Part shown: piece after piece, positions 18,822-29,350 of the stretch
Layout of the letters: each line of letters starts with the position of its first letter
Numbering within the stretch: the first letter of the stretch is position 1
NCBI GenBank assembly: GCA_963674705.1
Contig: OY771506.1
Span: 1,056,001 to 1,120,000, forward strand
DNA: 64,000 bases
Direction of reading: 5' to 3'
From: Phycisphaeraceae bacterium
GTDB taxonomy: Bacteria > Planctomycetota > Phycisphaerae > Phycisphaerales > Phycisphaeraceae
Translations under genes and position numbers: made by a program
The notes under the pieces: model-generated
Databases searched by the model: none
Told to the model about the DNA's origin: nothing
What the model saw: only the letters and a program-made list of their open reading frames with translations

Positions 18822-20042
18822 TCAACCAGGTCCCAGACGCAGAATCGTCTTGGGCGCGAACGGCGGATCGGCGACAAGGCGGCGCAGGTCGTCGGGTGTC
18901 ACGGCCATGACACGGGCAAGCTCTTCTTCTAACGTCAGATACTCACCCAGATAGGTCCAGGTCGATCCGATCGAGGTCATCCGGCCGCGTGGGCTTTCGC
19001 CTTGCAGCGTTGCACTGGTCGCGAGCTTGTTCTTGGCTCGTTCGACCTCTTCATCTGTGATGTTCTCTGCCGCCGAATTGATCGTCTTGACCAGAACCTC
19101 CTCAACCTGCTGAGCGCGTGCCGGATCACAGGACGCGTATCCCAAGTAACATCCAAGCCGATCGTGCGGCAGGAATGAGAAGTCGGCCTCATCAGCCAAA
19201 CCCGGATCGATCAGGGCCCAGTAGATACGTGAACCCTCCGAATCGCCCAGTACATCCGAGAGTACTTTCGCGGCGTACCGGTCATCATCCTGCGCGCTGG
19301 GTGCGGGACAAAGCAGGCCGAGATAGTGACGTGATACTTTGCCGTCAGGCATTGTATGTTGCTGGGCAGTAGGCTCGGGCGCGTCGTATCGGCGTGTCGC
19401 GCCGCTTGGTCGCCAATTGCCTGCGATCTTCTCGACTTCTTCAAGCAGTTGATTGAATTCGAACTTGCCGACGGCTGAGACAACGACGTTATCCGCCGCA
19501 TATCGCTGGCCGAAGTATTCGCGCATCTGTTCAGGCTTCATGTCGCCAACTGTTTGGGGCGTACCCAGCACGCGGAATCCCATCGGGTGGCTGCCGTAGT
19601 AATGTTCAAGCAATGCGTCCTGCAAGCGCCAGCTCGGTCGATCGTCGTACATGCCGATTTCTTCGAGGATGACGTTCTTTTCCATGTTGAAGTCATCGTC
19701 ACGCAGCGCCGGCCGAAGGATGTCGCCCAGCAAGTCGACGGCACGCGGGAGAAACTCCGGCAAAACATGTGCGTAGTAGACCGTCTGCTCGTGACTGGTA
19801 AATGCGTTGTAGTTGGCACCGATTTCATCGAACTCACGGTTCACATCGTCGGCGGTCCGTCGGGCTGTGCCCTTGAACATCATGTGTTCAAGGAAGTGGG
19901 ACACGCCCATCACCTCTGACTGCTCGTCACGCGCACCGGTCTTGACAAAAAAACCAACGGCCGCGGTATGGGCATCGGGATTGGATTCGGCAACAAGGGT
20001 CAATCCGTTAGGCAGCGTGTGGTGATGGAAAGTTGGCGGCAT
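18822..20042 (-). CDS. M16 (pitrilysin) family zinc peptidase
   Basis: GVSHFLEHMMFKGT inverted zincin motif, NAFTS, EKNVILEE. Confidence 0.95.
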   Translation of the reverse strand: MPPTFHHHTLPNGLTLVAESNPDAHTAAVGFFVKTGARDEQSEVMGVSHFLEHMMFKGTARRTADDVNREFDEIGANYNAFTSHEQTVYYAHVLPEFLPRAVDLLGDILRPALRDDDFNMEKNVILEEIGMYDDRPSWRLQDALLEHYYGSHPMGFRVLGTPQTVGDMKPEQMREYFGQRYAADNVVVSAVGKFEFNQLLEEVEKIAGNWRPSGATRRYDAPEPTAQQHTMPDGKVSRHYLGLLCPAPSAQDDDRYAAKVLSDVLGDSEGSRIYWALIDPGLADEADFSFLPHDRLGCYLGYASCDPARAQQVEEVLVKTINSAAENITDEEVERAKNKLATSATLQGESPRGRMTSIGSTWTYLGEYLTLEEELARVMAVTPDDLRRLVADPPFAPKTILRLGPG

Positions 20043-20045
20043 GAT

Positions 20046-20078
20046 TGGCTAATGGCTAATGGCTAATGGCTAATGGCT
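20046..20078. repeat. Perfect heptamer tandem repeat (TGGCTAA)x4.7
   Basis: tggctaa x4 + tggct, 3 nt upstream of the peptidase ATG. Confidence 0.95.
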
Positions 20079-20087
20079 GGGCATTGT

Positions 20088-20111
20088 AAAGCCCCGCACG
20101 AGGTACGGGGC
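20088..20111 (-). terminator. Hairpin/terminator after trxA
   Basis: Minus strand gccccgtac-ctc-gtgcggggc-ttt. Confidence 0.55.
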
Positions 20112-20147
20112 TGGTGATAATTCATCATGTCAGGCGCGTTACGTACT

Positions 20148-20474
20148 TCACACCTTGTCGAGTTCGGTTGCAAACGCCTGCTTGGGCTGTACACCTTGCC
20201 AGGTCTTGATGGCCTGACCATCTTTAAAGAGGATGACGGTCGGGATGGCCTGGATCTGAAACTTGATGGCGGTGTCGCGGTTGGAGTCGGTGTCGACCTT
20301 GCCGACCTTGACCTTGCCTTGATACTCCTCCGCCAGAGCGTCGATGGTGGGACCGAGCATCTTGCAGGGTTGGCACCATTCAGCCCAGAAGTCGACCAGC
20401 ACTGGCTGGTCACTATTGGCGACTTCGGTTTCAAAGTTGGCGTCGGTGATTTCCAATACGGCGTCGCTTGCCAT
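20148..20474 (-). CDS. trxA: Thioredoxin
   Basis: VLVDFWAEWCQPCK, IQAIPT; AGGAG RBS. Confidence 0.95.
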   Translation of the reverse strand: MASDAVLEITDANFETEVANSDQPVLVDFWAEWCQPCKMLGPTIDALAEEYQGKVKVGKVDTDSNRDTAIKFQIQAIPTVILFKDGQAIKTWQGVQPKQAFATELDKV

Positions 20475-20611
20475 GAGTTTCTCCTTCGTGTGCGTCCGTC
20501 TGATTTGGGCGCGATGATTTTGGGTCTAATGATGCCGATTCTAGGCCCCTGCCATGACTGGATCAAACCCCGCCGATCATAGCCTCGACCGATCCGATAG
20601 AATGCGAGAAT

Positions 20612-21922
20612 ATGACGCTCAAACAACAAATGGAAGACCGTAGCGCCTTGATCGGCGTCCTCGCCTTGGGCTATGTCGGGCTGCCGCTGCTGCGTTCTTT
20701 CTTCGACGCCGGATTCCGGGTAATCGGTTTCGATGTGGACCCCGAAAAGGTCCGGATGCTCAATCAGGGACAGAATTATCTACAGCATCTGGGCAAGGAC
20801 TTCGTAGGCCAGATGTCAGCATCCGACCGGTTCGAGGCGACAGACGACTTTTCCAGGCTGGGCGAACCGGACGCGATCATGATTTGCGTGCCCACCCCGC
20901 TTGGCAAACATCAGGAACCGGACCTCAGTTTCGTCGAGCATTCCGCGGAGGACATCGCTAAAACCTTGCGATCGGGCCAGATCATTGTACTCGAATCCAC
21001 AACCTATCCCGGCACCACGCGGGATGTGGTAATGCCCCGCCTGGAAGCCGGCGGTTTACGCTGCGGTAAAGACTTTTACCTGGCGTATTCCCCGGAGCGT
21101 GAGGACCCCGGTCGTAAAGACCACAACACACAAACCATCCCAAAACTCGTAGGCGGGATCGATGCCAAATCCGGTGACCTCGCAACGGTTATGTATCGGC
21201 AAGCCATCAAACAGGTGATTCCTGTCAGCAGTGCCGAGGTCGCGGAGAGCGCCAAGATCCTGGAAAACGTTTATCGAGCGGTGAATATCGCGCTGGTTAA
21301 CGAGATGAAAGTGATCCTGGACAAGATGGGGATCGATGTCTGGGAAGTCATTGATGCGGCGGCGACCAAGCCGTTCGGCTTCCAGGCGTTTTATCCGGGC
21401 CCGGGATTGGGCGGACACTGCATCCCGATTGATCCGTTCTACCTGACGTGGAAAGCACGGGAGGTTGGCCAGCCCACACGATTCATCGAATTGGCTGGAC
21501 ACGTCAATCACCACATGCCCGATTACGTGATTCAGCAGACATTGCTGGCACTGAATGAGGACGGCAAGGCCATAAAAGGATCGAGGGTGCTTGTTATGGG
21601 TCTGGCGTACAAGCCGGATGTAGACGATGTCAGGGAAAGTCCAAGTTTTGAGCTAATCGAACGTCTGATCGAATTGGGGGCACGGGTGGATTACCACGAT
21701 CCACACGTAGCAGCGACGCATAAGATGCGGCGGTACGACCTGAAGATGGAAAGCGTGACGTTATCTGCTGAAAAAATAGCAGATTATGACTGTGTCCTGA
21801 TCGCCACGCATCACAGCGCCTGCGACTGGGACCTGCTGGGGCAAAAGGCCAAACTCATCGTCGACACGCGAGGCGTCATGCGTGGCAGAACCGGCATGAC
21901 CGCGCGAATTGTCACAGCATGA
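20612..21922 (+). CDS. Nucleotide sugar dehydrogenase (UDP-GlcNAc/ManNAc 6-dehydrogenase, WbpA/WecC-like)
   Basis: LGYVGLP, ICVPTP, ESTTYPGTT, SPEREDPG, GGHCIP, AYKPDVDDVRESP. Confidence 0.93.
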   Translation: MTLKQQMEDRSALIGVLALGYVGLPLLRSFFDAGFRVIGFDVDPEKVRMLNQGQNYLQHLGKDFVGQMSASDRFEATDDFSRLGEPDAIMICVPTPLGKHQEPDLSFVEHSAEDIAKTLRSGQIIVLESTTYPGTTRDVVMPRLEAGGLRCGKDFYLAYSPEREDPGRKDHNTQTIPKLVGGIDAKSGDLATVMYRQAIKQVIPVSSAEVAESAKILENVYRAVNIALVNEMKVILDKMGIDVWEVIDAAATKPFGFQAFYPGPGLGGHCIPIDPFYLTWKAREVGQPTRFIELAGHVNHHMPDYVIQQTLLALNEDGKAIKGSRVLVMGLAYKPDVDDVRESPSFELIERLIELGARVDYHDPHVAATHKMRRYDLKMESVTLSAEKIADYDCVLIATHHSACDWDLLGQKAKLIVDTRGVMRGRTGMTARIVTA

Positions 21923-21960
21923 CTATTTGTCACAACTACCTGTATTTACCGTAATTTAGC

Positions 21961-21989
21961 TTGACTATCCGCCATCCCGGCGTCAAAAT
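21961..21989 (+). promoter_or_regulatory. Candidate sigma-70 promoter for the PEP-CTERM proteases
   Basis: TTGACT-N17-CAAAAT. Confidence 0.4.
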
Positions 21990-22080
21990 TAAGTGCGGGA
22001 TGACCGATCGTGCACCCCGGTGCGTATAATGATCATACCGGCCCGCCGATCAGACGGGTTGGATGGGAGTTATTCAGTTG

Positions 22081-23232
22081 ATGAAACCGTTATGCAAAGC
22101 CTTACGAACGGCTGGCGTGTTTAGCTGCCTACTGACCGCGGCTATCACCGTTCAGGGCGGGATCATCGACGATAACGCCAACGATCAAGACCACCAGGAC
22201 CTTGCCAACCAGAGCGCATTTGACGCTGTCGGTGTGGCCAAACGCTTAAATGCTGCCGGCACAGCCATCATCGTTGATAGCTCCGGCATCCTGATTGGTT
22301 CGCAATGGGTGTTGACTGCTGCACACACCGTGATCGCCAAGGGGTGGGACGGGGCCACCTTCGAAGTCGGTGGCGAGGTCCGTGATGTGGTCGAGGCATA
22401 TCAGAATCCCAACTTTGTTGATATCGAAAGCGGCTGGGATATCGCCCTGCTTAAGCTGGACTCCCCGATTACCACGATCACGCCGGCCCAGCTCTACACC
22501 GGTACCGCCGCAAGCCTGGTCGGAGAGGAACTGGTTTATGTTGGCTACGGCAAATCCGGCACGGGTAGTACGGGCGACGTAATAGCGGCCGGCACTAAAC
22601 GGGCCGGTTACAACGTCGGCGATCAGCTCGGATACACCCTCAATCCCGGAACAGGCCAAACCGTCTACTCCGATCAGCTCATCTTTGCAGATATGGATGC
22701 AGAGCCCGGTGGTGGATTACCCTACGGCAATCCTCTGGGCAGTACTTTCCCGCTGGACCTGGAAATCCTGATCGCTCTAGGCGACTCCGGTGGCGGATTG
22801 TTTGTTGAGCAAGGTGGCCAATACTACGTCGCCGGCGTTCATTCGGTCCTTTTCAACATGGACCCTGTCAGCACGATCGGCTACGGCGACGTGATGGGCT
22901 CAACCACCATCGCCGCGGCGCTTGACTGGATTATCGACATCATGACGCCCGATCCGATCGAAGGTGATCTGAACGGCGACGGTTTCGTCGGGCTCGACGA
23001 TATCGATATCGTGCTGACTTTCTGGAATCAAAACGTTACCGCGGGAGAGCTGTTGAGCGGCGATCCATCAGGCGACGGTTTCGTCGGCCTGGATGATCTG
23101 GACATCATCCTCAACAATTGGAACAGCGGCACCGCACCAACGGCCTCACAATTACTGGGTATCGTCCCCGAGCCGACGACGGCGTTGCTGCTGCTTGCGA
23201 TCATGCCCGGTTTATTGCAACGTCGCCACTAA
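22081..23232 (+). CDS. Trypsin-like (S1) serine protease with dockerin-like repeats and PEP-CTERM
   Basis: TAAH, DIALL, GDSGG triad; two GDxxGDGFVGLDD repeats; VPEP + TM + RRH; start 22081 or 22063. Confidence 0.9.
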   Translation: MKPLCKALRTAGVFSCLLTAAITVQGGIIDDNANDQDHQDLANQSAFDAVGVAKRLNAAGTAIIVDSSGILIGSQWVLTAAHTVIAKGWDGATFEVGGEVRDVVEAYQNPNFVDIESGWDIALLKLDSPITTITPAQLYTGTAASLVGEELVYVGYGKSGTGSTGDVIAAGTKRAGYNVGDQLGYTLNPGTGQTVYSDQLIFADMDAEPGGGLPYGNPLGSTFPLDLEILIALGDSGGGLFVEQGGQYYVAGVHSVLFNMDPVSTIGYGDVMGSTTIAAALDWIIDIMTPDPIEGDLNGDGFVGLDDIDIVLTFWNQNVTAGELLSGDPSGDGFVGLDDLDIILNNWNSGTAPTASQLLGIVPEPTTALLLLAIMPGLLQRRH

Positions 23233-23290
23233 TCCGGACGTGACCTCAATCGTCTGGCCGAAACACTTCGACTTTGATTGTTGAACTGCC

Positions 23291-24547
23291 ATGGGTCATC
23301 TTGCATACATTCGGCTGGCCGGGCTTGTGTGCTTTCTGAGTCTGGCTTCGGTATGTTCAGCAGAGGTCATCCAAGAATCACTCATCGCCGAAACACTACC
23401 GATTTACACAACAGTCGATGATCCGGCGCTCCACGTCACATCGGCTGACGGAACATTCGACAGCGTCGTCAAACTCACAATCAGCAGAAGTAATGGTATT
23501 GTCACCTGTACCGGCGCGCTTCTAAATAACGGCCGGGATATTCTTACCGCAGCTCATTGCCTGACGGATGAACGTGGCAATCTCACCGCCACCGGCGCTT
23601 TTGTACTTTTTCAAACACAGTACGGCTCCGACACGCTCTCTGCCAGCAGTTTCACCGTTCACCCCGACTGGACGGGTAACGCCGGCGCGGGCAGTGACCT
23701 GGCAATCATTCACCTTGGTGAATCGGCGCCGTACGGCGCATTCGGTTACGAAATCTACCGTGGTACCGACGAAGTCGGTCAGATCGTTACACGCGCAGGT
23801 TACGGCTTATCCGGCACTGGCGACACGGGCACCGCACTGCCATCCGGCACGAAACGCGATGGTTTGAATCGCTATGACGTGCTTGGCGATGTGTTCGATG
23901 GCGTTCTGGATAGCTCCCCTTTGTCCGGCGCTCAACTGGCTTACGATTTTGATAATGGGACAGTAAGCCACGATGCGTTCGAATTCTTCGGCCGAACGCT
24001 GGGCACACGTAACATTAATGACTTAGGTTTAGGCACCGACGAGGTGATGGCCGCGCCGGGCGATTCGGGCGGGCCGGCATTTATCAACGGACAGATTGCC
24101 GGTGTGACATCGTTTCTACTTCGTTTAAGCAACTCACTTGGCCAATCGTCTGATATTGATGATGAACTGAACTCTTCGTTTGGCGAGTTCGGTTTTGATA
24201 CGCGTGTTTCCTACTTTGCAGACTGGATCGATGCAAACTTCTCCGAGCCTCCGTCATTCATCGCAGGTGACTTGAATAGCGATGGCTTTGTCGGTCTGGA
24301 TGATCTGGACCTCGTGCTTAATCGCTGGAACCAGACCCTTGATATATCCAGCCCGATGGGGGGCGATGCAACGGGGGATAGCTATGTCGGCCTGGATGAC
24401 CTGGATATCGTGCTGAACAACTGGGGCGCGGGCACACCACCTCTTGAATCAGCAACAGTCCCTGAACCGGCTGCTTGGATGATATTATTTTCGGCAGCTT
24501 CAATTTGCTTACTCCGCACCAAGTTCAACATCTCTCTAATGCAATAA
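23291..24547 (+). CDS. Trypsin-like (S1) serine protease with dockerin-like repeats and PEP-CTERM
   Basis: CTGAL, TAAHC, DLAII, GDSGGP; GDLNSDGFVGLDD; VPEP. Confidence 0.9.
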   Translation: MGHLAYIRLAGLVCFLSLASVCSAEVIQESLIAETLPIYTTVDDPALHVTSADGTFDSVVKLTISRSNGIVTCTGALLNNGRDILTAAHCLTDERGNLTATGAFVLFQTQYGSDTLSASSFTVHPDWTGNAGAGSDLAIIHLGESAPYGAFGYEIYRGTDEVGQIVTRAGYGLSGTGDTGTALPSGTKRDGLNRYDVLGDVFDGVLDSSPLSGAQLAYDFDNGTVSHDAFEFFGRTLGTRNINDLGLGTDEVMAAPGDSGGPAFINGQIAGVTSFLLRLSNSLGQSSDIDDELNSSFGEFGFDTRVSYFADWIDANFSEPPSFIAGDLNSDGFVGLDDLDLVLNRWNQTLDISSPMGGDATGDSYVGLDDLDIVLNNWGAGTPPLESATVPEPAAWMILFSAASICLLRTKFNISLMQ

Positions 24548-24690
24548 ACATATTGCCCGTTAACACAACTTGTCACGACAGCACCGCATATTTATTCATA
24601 TTTATGTGCGAATATCTATTGTAGGTGTAGATGGTGATCTGGTAATATGTCACAGACAAATGATCTGGGCGGCTAAAAAGGGGGCACTCG

Positions 24691-27438
24691 ATGTCAATCC
24701 ATATACTGAACCGAGATTCATCAAAGTTATTTTACACCATCTTGTCTGTCGTTTGCTGCTTGATATCCACAAGCTCGGCACAAATATACACAAACATCAT
24801 CAATGTTCCGCCAGATGAATCACCGGAATCGATCGACAGTGATACGCAGTTGAACCTTTCAGGCGGCGGCAGTCTCCCGGTCTACTTCGATGCCGGTTCA
24901 TCTGATGGGACAAGCACCAATGTCGAGGTCAATATCGACGGTGGAACCGTGGGCGCGGTGTTCGATGCGTATGCCGGCAGCACCATCAACATCAGTGGTG
25001 GGGCGATCGATCCTGTTTTTACGGCCCACCAAGGCAGCGCGATCAACTTGTCTGGCGGCGTGCTTGGCGAGCGGTCAACCGCCGAATCGGGTAGTGTGGT
25101 GAACTTTACCGGAGGTAGGATCGGCTATCAGTTCAGAGCCCTAGAAGGGAGTCAACTAAATATCACCGGCGGCGAGTTTCTGCTGAACGGCGTCCCCGTC
25201 CTCGGACTCACTTCGACTGGAGATTCCAAGTCATTGAATATTCCTGAAGGGGGAATACTCACCGGCACACTCACAGACGGTTCAGTCTTGGTTTTTGACA
25301 CATCCATAAGTGCCATCGAAGTCATTGCAGACGGGACGCTGACATTAACCCTTGCGTCATTACCAACGATCACACCTGTAATCGTTGCTCCCACCGATCC
25401 GGTGCCGAATGGTCTGAGATCCGGCCAGACACTAACCCTCAACATCGGAGCTTCGGTTGGCGACCACTTCGCCGCAACCAACGCCGTGCTCAACATCGAC
25501 GGCGGTGATGTCGGGATCGGACTGGAAGTCGTCGACAGCACCGTCAATATGACCAGCGGCTCTGTCGGACGATACTTCAGAGCCCTGGGAAACAGTACAG
25601 TGAATATCACCGGCGGCTCCGTGGCCAGTAACCTCCAGGCTCGCGACAATAGCATCATCAACATCAGCGGAGACACCACCGTCGATACCGCCGGGGCATC
25701 TAGTGGTACAACCATTAACTTGGACAGCGGGACCGTCAATGTCTTAAGTGCATCAGACTCAGGCACTATTAACATGCACGGTGGATTACTTCACATGTTT
25801 ATGAGCCTTGGCGCGAATGCTGATGCCAATCTTTTTGGTGGCGAGTTCTATTTAGACGGCGTGCCGATCACCGGACTTGATTCACCCGGTGATACCGCAC
25901 AAGTCCAGGTCCCGGCCGGTTCGATCTTGTCGGGAACCCTCAGCGATGGCACGGTTATAGTCCTGACTGATGTGAAGCGTAATCCTAATTATGGAGACCG
26001 AATCAGCAATAGTACGATTTCCCTCCACGCCACTGCAATCCCCAGCGTATCGTCGGCGATCAATGTCCCAACTGATCCCGCCCCCGACCAATTACGCAAA
26101 GGCCAGACACTCACACTCTCTGCTGGCGGCACATTGCCCGATTGGTTCATCGCCACAAACGCCGTGATGACCCTCGATGGCGGCACCGTCGGCGACTATA
26201 TGGAGATCGTCAATTCCACACTCGCCCTCAACGGTGCTGATATCGGTGACTATCTTGAGGTCAAGGCCAACAGCACCGTTTATGTCCACGATGGATCGAT
26301 CGGCGATCGGCTCAGTATCGATACAGGCAGCACAATGTATGTCACTGGTGGCTCCATTGGCGACTACATTCGGGTCGGCTTCTCCAGCAGCAGCTACCCC
26401 AATCCCGGTACAACAAGCCCCGGCCATCTGATCATCAGCGGCGGTAACATAGGCCATGGCATCAACGTGTACCCCCAAAGCACGATGACGATGACGGGGG
26501 GATCGGTGGATTACGGCCTTGATGCTCAGGCGGGAAGTACCGTCCTGATCGAAGGCGGAACTCTAAGTGGTGGTATAGATGCACATCCTGGCAGTTCTGT
26601 TACGGTAAGTGGTGGCACCTTAGAAGGATTGATTGATGTCTGGGAAAATAGCGATGTCACCCTTTCTGGGGGTCGAATAAATGGTGTTGATGTGCTGGAA
26701 AATGCGGAACTCAAGATTCAGGGCGGAGAGTTTACGTATATATACGTTAGGCAAAATGCAACGCTTGATCTGAGCGACGGGATTGTGTCCGGCTACCAAA
26801 GCGTGATCACAGAGTCTGGCGGCACAGCTAATATTAGTGGTGGTAAGGTGGTTGGTACTACCCGTGTCGAAAGTGATGCAACGCTTAATCTTTCCGGCGG
26901 CGAACTGGGAGTGATCTCAGCCAATCAGAATTCAACCGTCGCCCTTACCGGACAGGCTTTCATACTGAATGGCGTTGATCTAAGACCACAATTGACCATG
27001 GGCGAGCCATTTATTATTTATGATCGAGATGTCACTTTGGAGGGGCTGCTGGCTGATGGATCAGCTTTCAGCTTTGATCTCGATTCATCACCCGCCTTCC
27101 CATTCTTCTTTTTTGAGTCGTTCCCGCAGAACATGCTGCTTACCGTTACCTTGGTACCGATCCCGGGCGACCTTAACAGCGACGGATTTGTTGGATTGGA
27201 TGACCTGATGGCGGTTCTTCAGCACTGGCTGCAGGATGTGACCCCGGGCGATCTAATGATGGGCGATCCAAGCGGAGATGGATATGTATTCCTGGAGGAT
27301 CTTGACACCGTATTGATCAACTGGAATAAGGGGATTCCACCTACAATCAATGGCAATAATGCGAAATCAGTCCCGGAACCGACCGCGCTGGCCGTAGTTG
27401 GAATCGGACTTGCGGCTTTATTACGTCGGCGAAATTAA
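24691..27438 (+). CDS. Large repetitive (beta-helix-like) surface protein with dockerin-like repeats and PEP-CTERM
   Basis: Signal peptide; many NISGG-like repeats; GDLNSDGFVGLDD; VPEPTALAVVGIGLAALLRRRN. Confidence 0.85.
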   Translation: MSIHILNRDSSKLFYTILSVVCCLISTSSAQIYTNIINVPPDESPESIDSDTQLNLSGGGSLPVYFDAGSSDGTSTNVEVNIDGGTVGAVFDAYAGSTINISGGAIDPVFTAHQGSAINLSGGVLGERSTAESGSVVNFTGGRIGYQFRALEGSQLNITGGEFLLNGVPVLGLTSTGDSKSLNIPEGGILTGTLTDGSVLVFDTSISAIEVIADGTLTLTLASLPTITPVIVAPTDPVPNGLRSGQTLTLNIGASVGDHFAATNAVLNIDGGDVGIGLEVVDSTVNMTSGSVGRYFRALGNSTVNITGGSVASNLQARDNSIINISGDTTVDTAGASSGTTINLDSGTVNVLSASDSGTINMHGGLLHMFMSLGANADANLFGGEFYLDGVPITGLDSPGDTAQVQVPAGSILSGTLSDGTVIVLTDVKRNPNYGDRISNSTISLHATAIPSVSSAINVPTDPAPDQLRKGQTLTLSAGGTLPDWFIATNAVMTLDGGTVGDYMEIVNSTLALNGADIGDYLEVKANSTVYVHDGSIGDRLSIDTGSTMYVTGGSIGDYIRVGFSSSSYPNPGTTSPGHLIISGGNIGHGINVYPQSTMTMTGGSVDYGLDAQAGSTVLIEGGTLSGGIDAHPGSSVTVSGGTLEGLIDVWENSDVTLSGGRINGVDVLENAELKIQGGEFTYIYVRQNATLDLSDGIVSGYQSVITESGGTANISGGKVVGTTRVESDATLNLSGGELGVISANQNSTVALTGQAFILNGVDLRPQLTMGEPFIIYDRDVTLEGLLADGSAFSFDLDSSPAFPFFFFESFPQNMLLTVTLVPIPGDLNSDGFVGLDDLMAVLQHWLQDVTPGDLMMGDPSGDGYVFLEDLDTVLINWNKGIPPTINGNNAKSVPEPTALAVVGIGLAALLRRRN

Positions 27439-28466
27439 CGGCTGCCGTACTGCTTTTCGTAGTAGTTGCGGTATTCGCCGCTTTTGACGCGTTGCCACCA
27501 TGTTTTATTTTCGACGTACCACTTGATCGTGCTTTCCAGTGCGCCGGGCCAGGCGCTGCGGGTAGGTTCCCAGCCGAGTTGCTGCTTGATCTTGGTGGCG
27601 TCGATGGCGTAACGGCGGTCGTGGCCCAAGCGGTCTTTCACATATTCGATGCTCGATTCGTCCTTGCCCATTGCGGCGAGGATCGAATGGGTGAGTTCGA
27701 GGTTCGAGCGTTCGTTGTTGCCGCCGATGCAATAGGTCTCGCCGGGAACGCCCTTCTCCATCACCGTCAACACTGCTTCACAGTGATCTTCAACGTGCAG
27801 CCAGTCGCGGACATTCTTGCCGTCGCCGTAGAGCGGGACTTTTTTCCCTTCAATCAGGTTCGTGACGAATAGTGGAATCACCTTTTCGGGGAACTGGTAG
27901 GGTCCAAAGTTGTTCGAGCAGTTGGTCTTGCAGGCGTTGATGCCGAAGGTATGGCAATAGGCGCGAACGATCATGTCGCTGCCTGCTTTGGATGCAGAAT
28001 ACGGGCTACTTGGCGCAAAGGGTGTGGTCTCGCTGAACTTGATTTCCGGCTTATCCAGAGGCAGGTCGCCGAAGACTTCGTCGGTCGAAACATGAACAAA
28101 GCGTTTTTTATTATCCGGATCGGCACGTCGAAGTGCATCAAGCAGGGTTTGCGTGCCCAGGACGTTAGACTCGATGAACGGCCTCGCATCAATGATCGAT
28201 CGGTCGACGTGGCTTTCCGCGGCCATGTGAACAACAGCGTCGCATTCCTTGATCAGTTCGGTCGCCAGGTCCAGGTCGAGGATATTGCCGTGAACGAAGC
28301 GGTAGCGGCCGTCGCCTTCAAAGTCGCTGAGACTCTCGGCGTTGCCGGAGTAGGTCAGGCAATCAAGGTTGATGACAGAATAGTCCGGCCGCTCACGCAG
28401 GACCAAGCGAACAAAGTTGGAGCCGATGAAACCGGCCCCGCCGGTGAGGAGGATACGCGTGCTCAT
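27435..28466 (-). CDS. rfbB: dTDP-glucose 4,6-dehydratase
   Basis: TGGAGFIGSN, AAESHVDRS, VSTDEV, YSASK, PEKVIP, DRLGHDRRY. Confidence 0.97.
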   Translation of the reverse strand: MSTRILLTGGAGFIGSNFVRLVLRERPDYSVINLDCLTYSGNAESLSDFEGDGRYRFVHGNILDLDLATELIKECDAVVHMAAESHVDRSIIDARPFIESNVLGTQTLLDALRRADPDNKKRFVHVSTDEVFGDLPLDKPEIKFSETTPFAPSSPYSASKAGSDMIVRAYCHTFGINACKTNCSNNFGPYQFPEKVIPLFVTNLIEGKKVPLYGDGKNVRDWLHVEDHCEAVLTVMEKGVPGETYCIGGNNERSNLELTHSILAAMGKDESSIEYVKDRLGHDRRYAIDATKIKQQLGWEPTRSAWPGALESTIKWYVENKTWWQRVKSGEYRNYYEKQYGSR

Positions 28467-29350
28467 GCGGTGGTCGACTCCATTTGCTCAATGACTTCTT
28501 TGAGATTCACTTTCCAGTCGGGCATCTTGCCGAGGATTTGTTCGGTTTTGCTGATATCCAGCACACTGTAAGCGGGACGTGTTGCCGGGCGCTTGTATTC
28601 ATTACTGTTACACGGATGTATCTGACACTCATGACCCGCTAGCTGTCTGATCTCGCAGGTGAAGCCATGCCAGGTGCATTCTCCACCATCCGTGACGTGG
28701 AAGGCGCCGGTCTGGTCGTTTTCTAGTAACGCCAAACTTGTACGCGCCAGATGCTGAGCGCTGGTGGGTCGACCACGTTGATCATCAACGACGCGCAATT
28801 CATCGCGCTCGCGCGTCAACCTCAACATGGTCAACACAAAGTTGTGTCCCCATGGCGCATAGAGCCAACTCGTTCGGATCAACAAATAGTTGCAACCTGA
28901 ATTCTCAAGCGCAACTTCACCCTCGGCTTTGGTTCGTCCGTAAGCATTAACCGGTTCGCGTGGGCTGTCGACCGGGTACGGTGAACTTGCGTTGCCGTTG
29001 AAGACGTAATCGGTCGAGTAGTGTACGAGTGTTGTGCCGAACTTCTTGCAGTATGCCGCAAGATTCGCCACCGCCTGAGCATTAAGGACAAGGGCGGCAT
29101 CTTCACGTTCTTCTGCACCATCCACATCCGTAAACGCTGCACAGTTGACGACAACCTTGGTCTTCTTACTGATGTTGTCTTTGATCGATGCGGGATCGGT
29201 GATATCCAGTGTGGGCAGGTCCAGGCCGACGTGCTCAATCCCACAACCGGTCAACAGCTCCAACCAGGCGCGTCCGAGCATGCCGAGCGCACCCACAACA
29301 ACGACAGGGCCGATGTGACTGAGTTGCGTCTGATCAGATGATCCACTCAT
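28463..29350 (-). CDS. rfbD: dTDP-4-dehydrorhamnose reductase
   Basis: GALGMLG, NCAAFTDVD, STDYVF, YGRTK, DQRGRPT. Confidence 0.95.
   Translation of the reverse strand: MSGSSDQTQLSHIGPVVVVGALGMLGRAWLELLTGCGIEHVGLDLPTLDITDPASIKDNISKKTKVVVNCAAFTDVDGAEEREDAALVLNAQAVANLAAYCKKFGTTLVHYSTDYVFNGNASSPYPVDSPREPVNAYGRTKAEGEVALENSGCNYLLIRTSWLYAPWGHNFVLTMLRLTRERDELRVVDDQRGRPTSAQHLARTSLALLENDQTGAFHVTDGGECTWHGFTCEIRQLAGHECQIHPCNSNEYKRPATRPAYSVLDISKTEQILGKMPDWKVNLKEVIEQMESTTA

Noticed and set aside
20046..20078. Possible CRISPR-like or telomere-like array
   Set aside because: No spacers and no cas genes; a simple 7-bp tandem repeat
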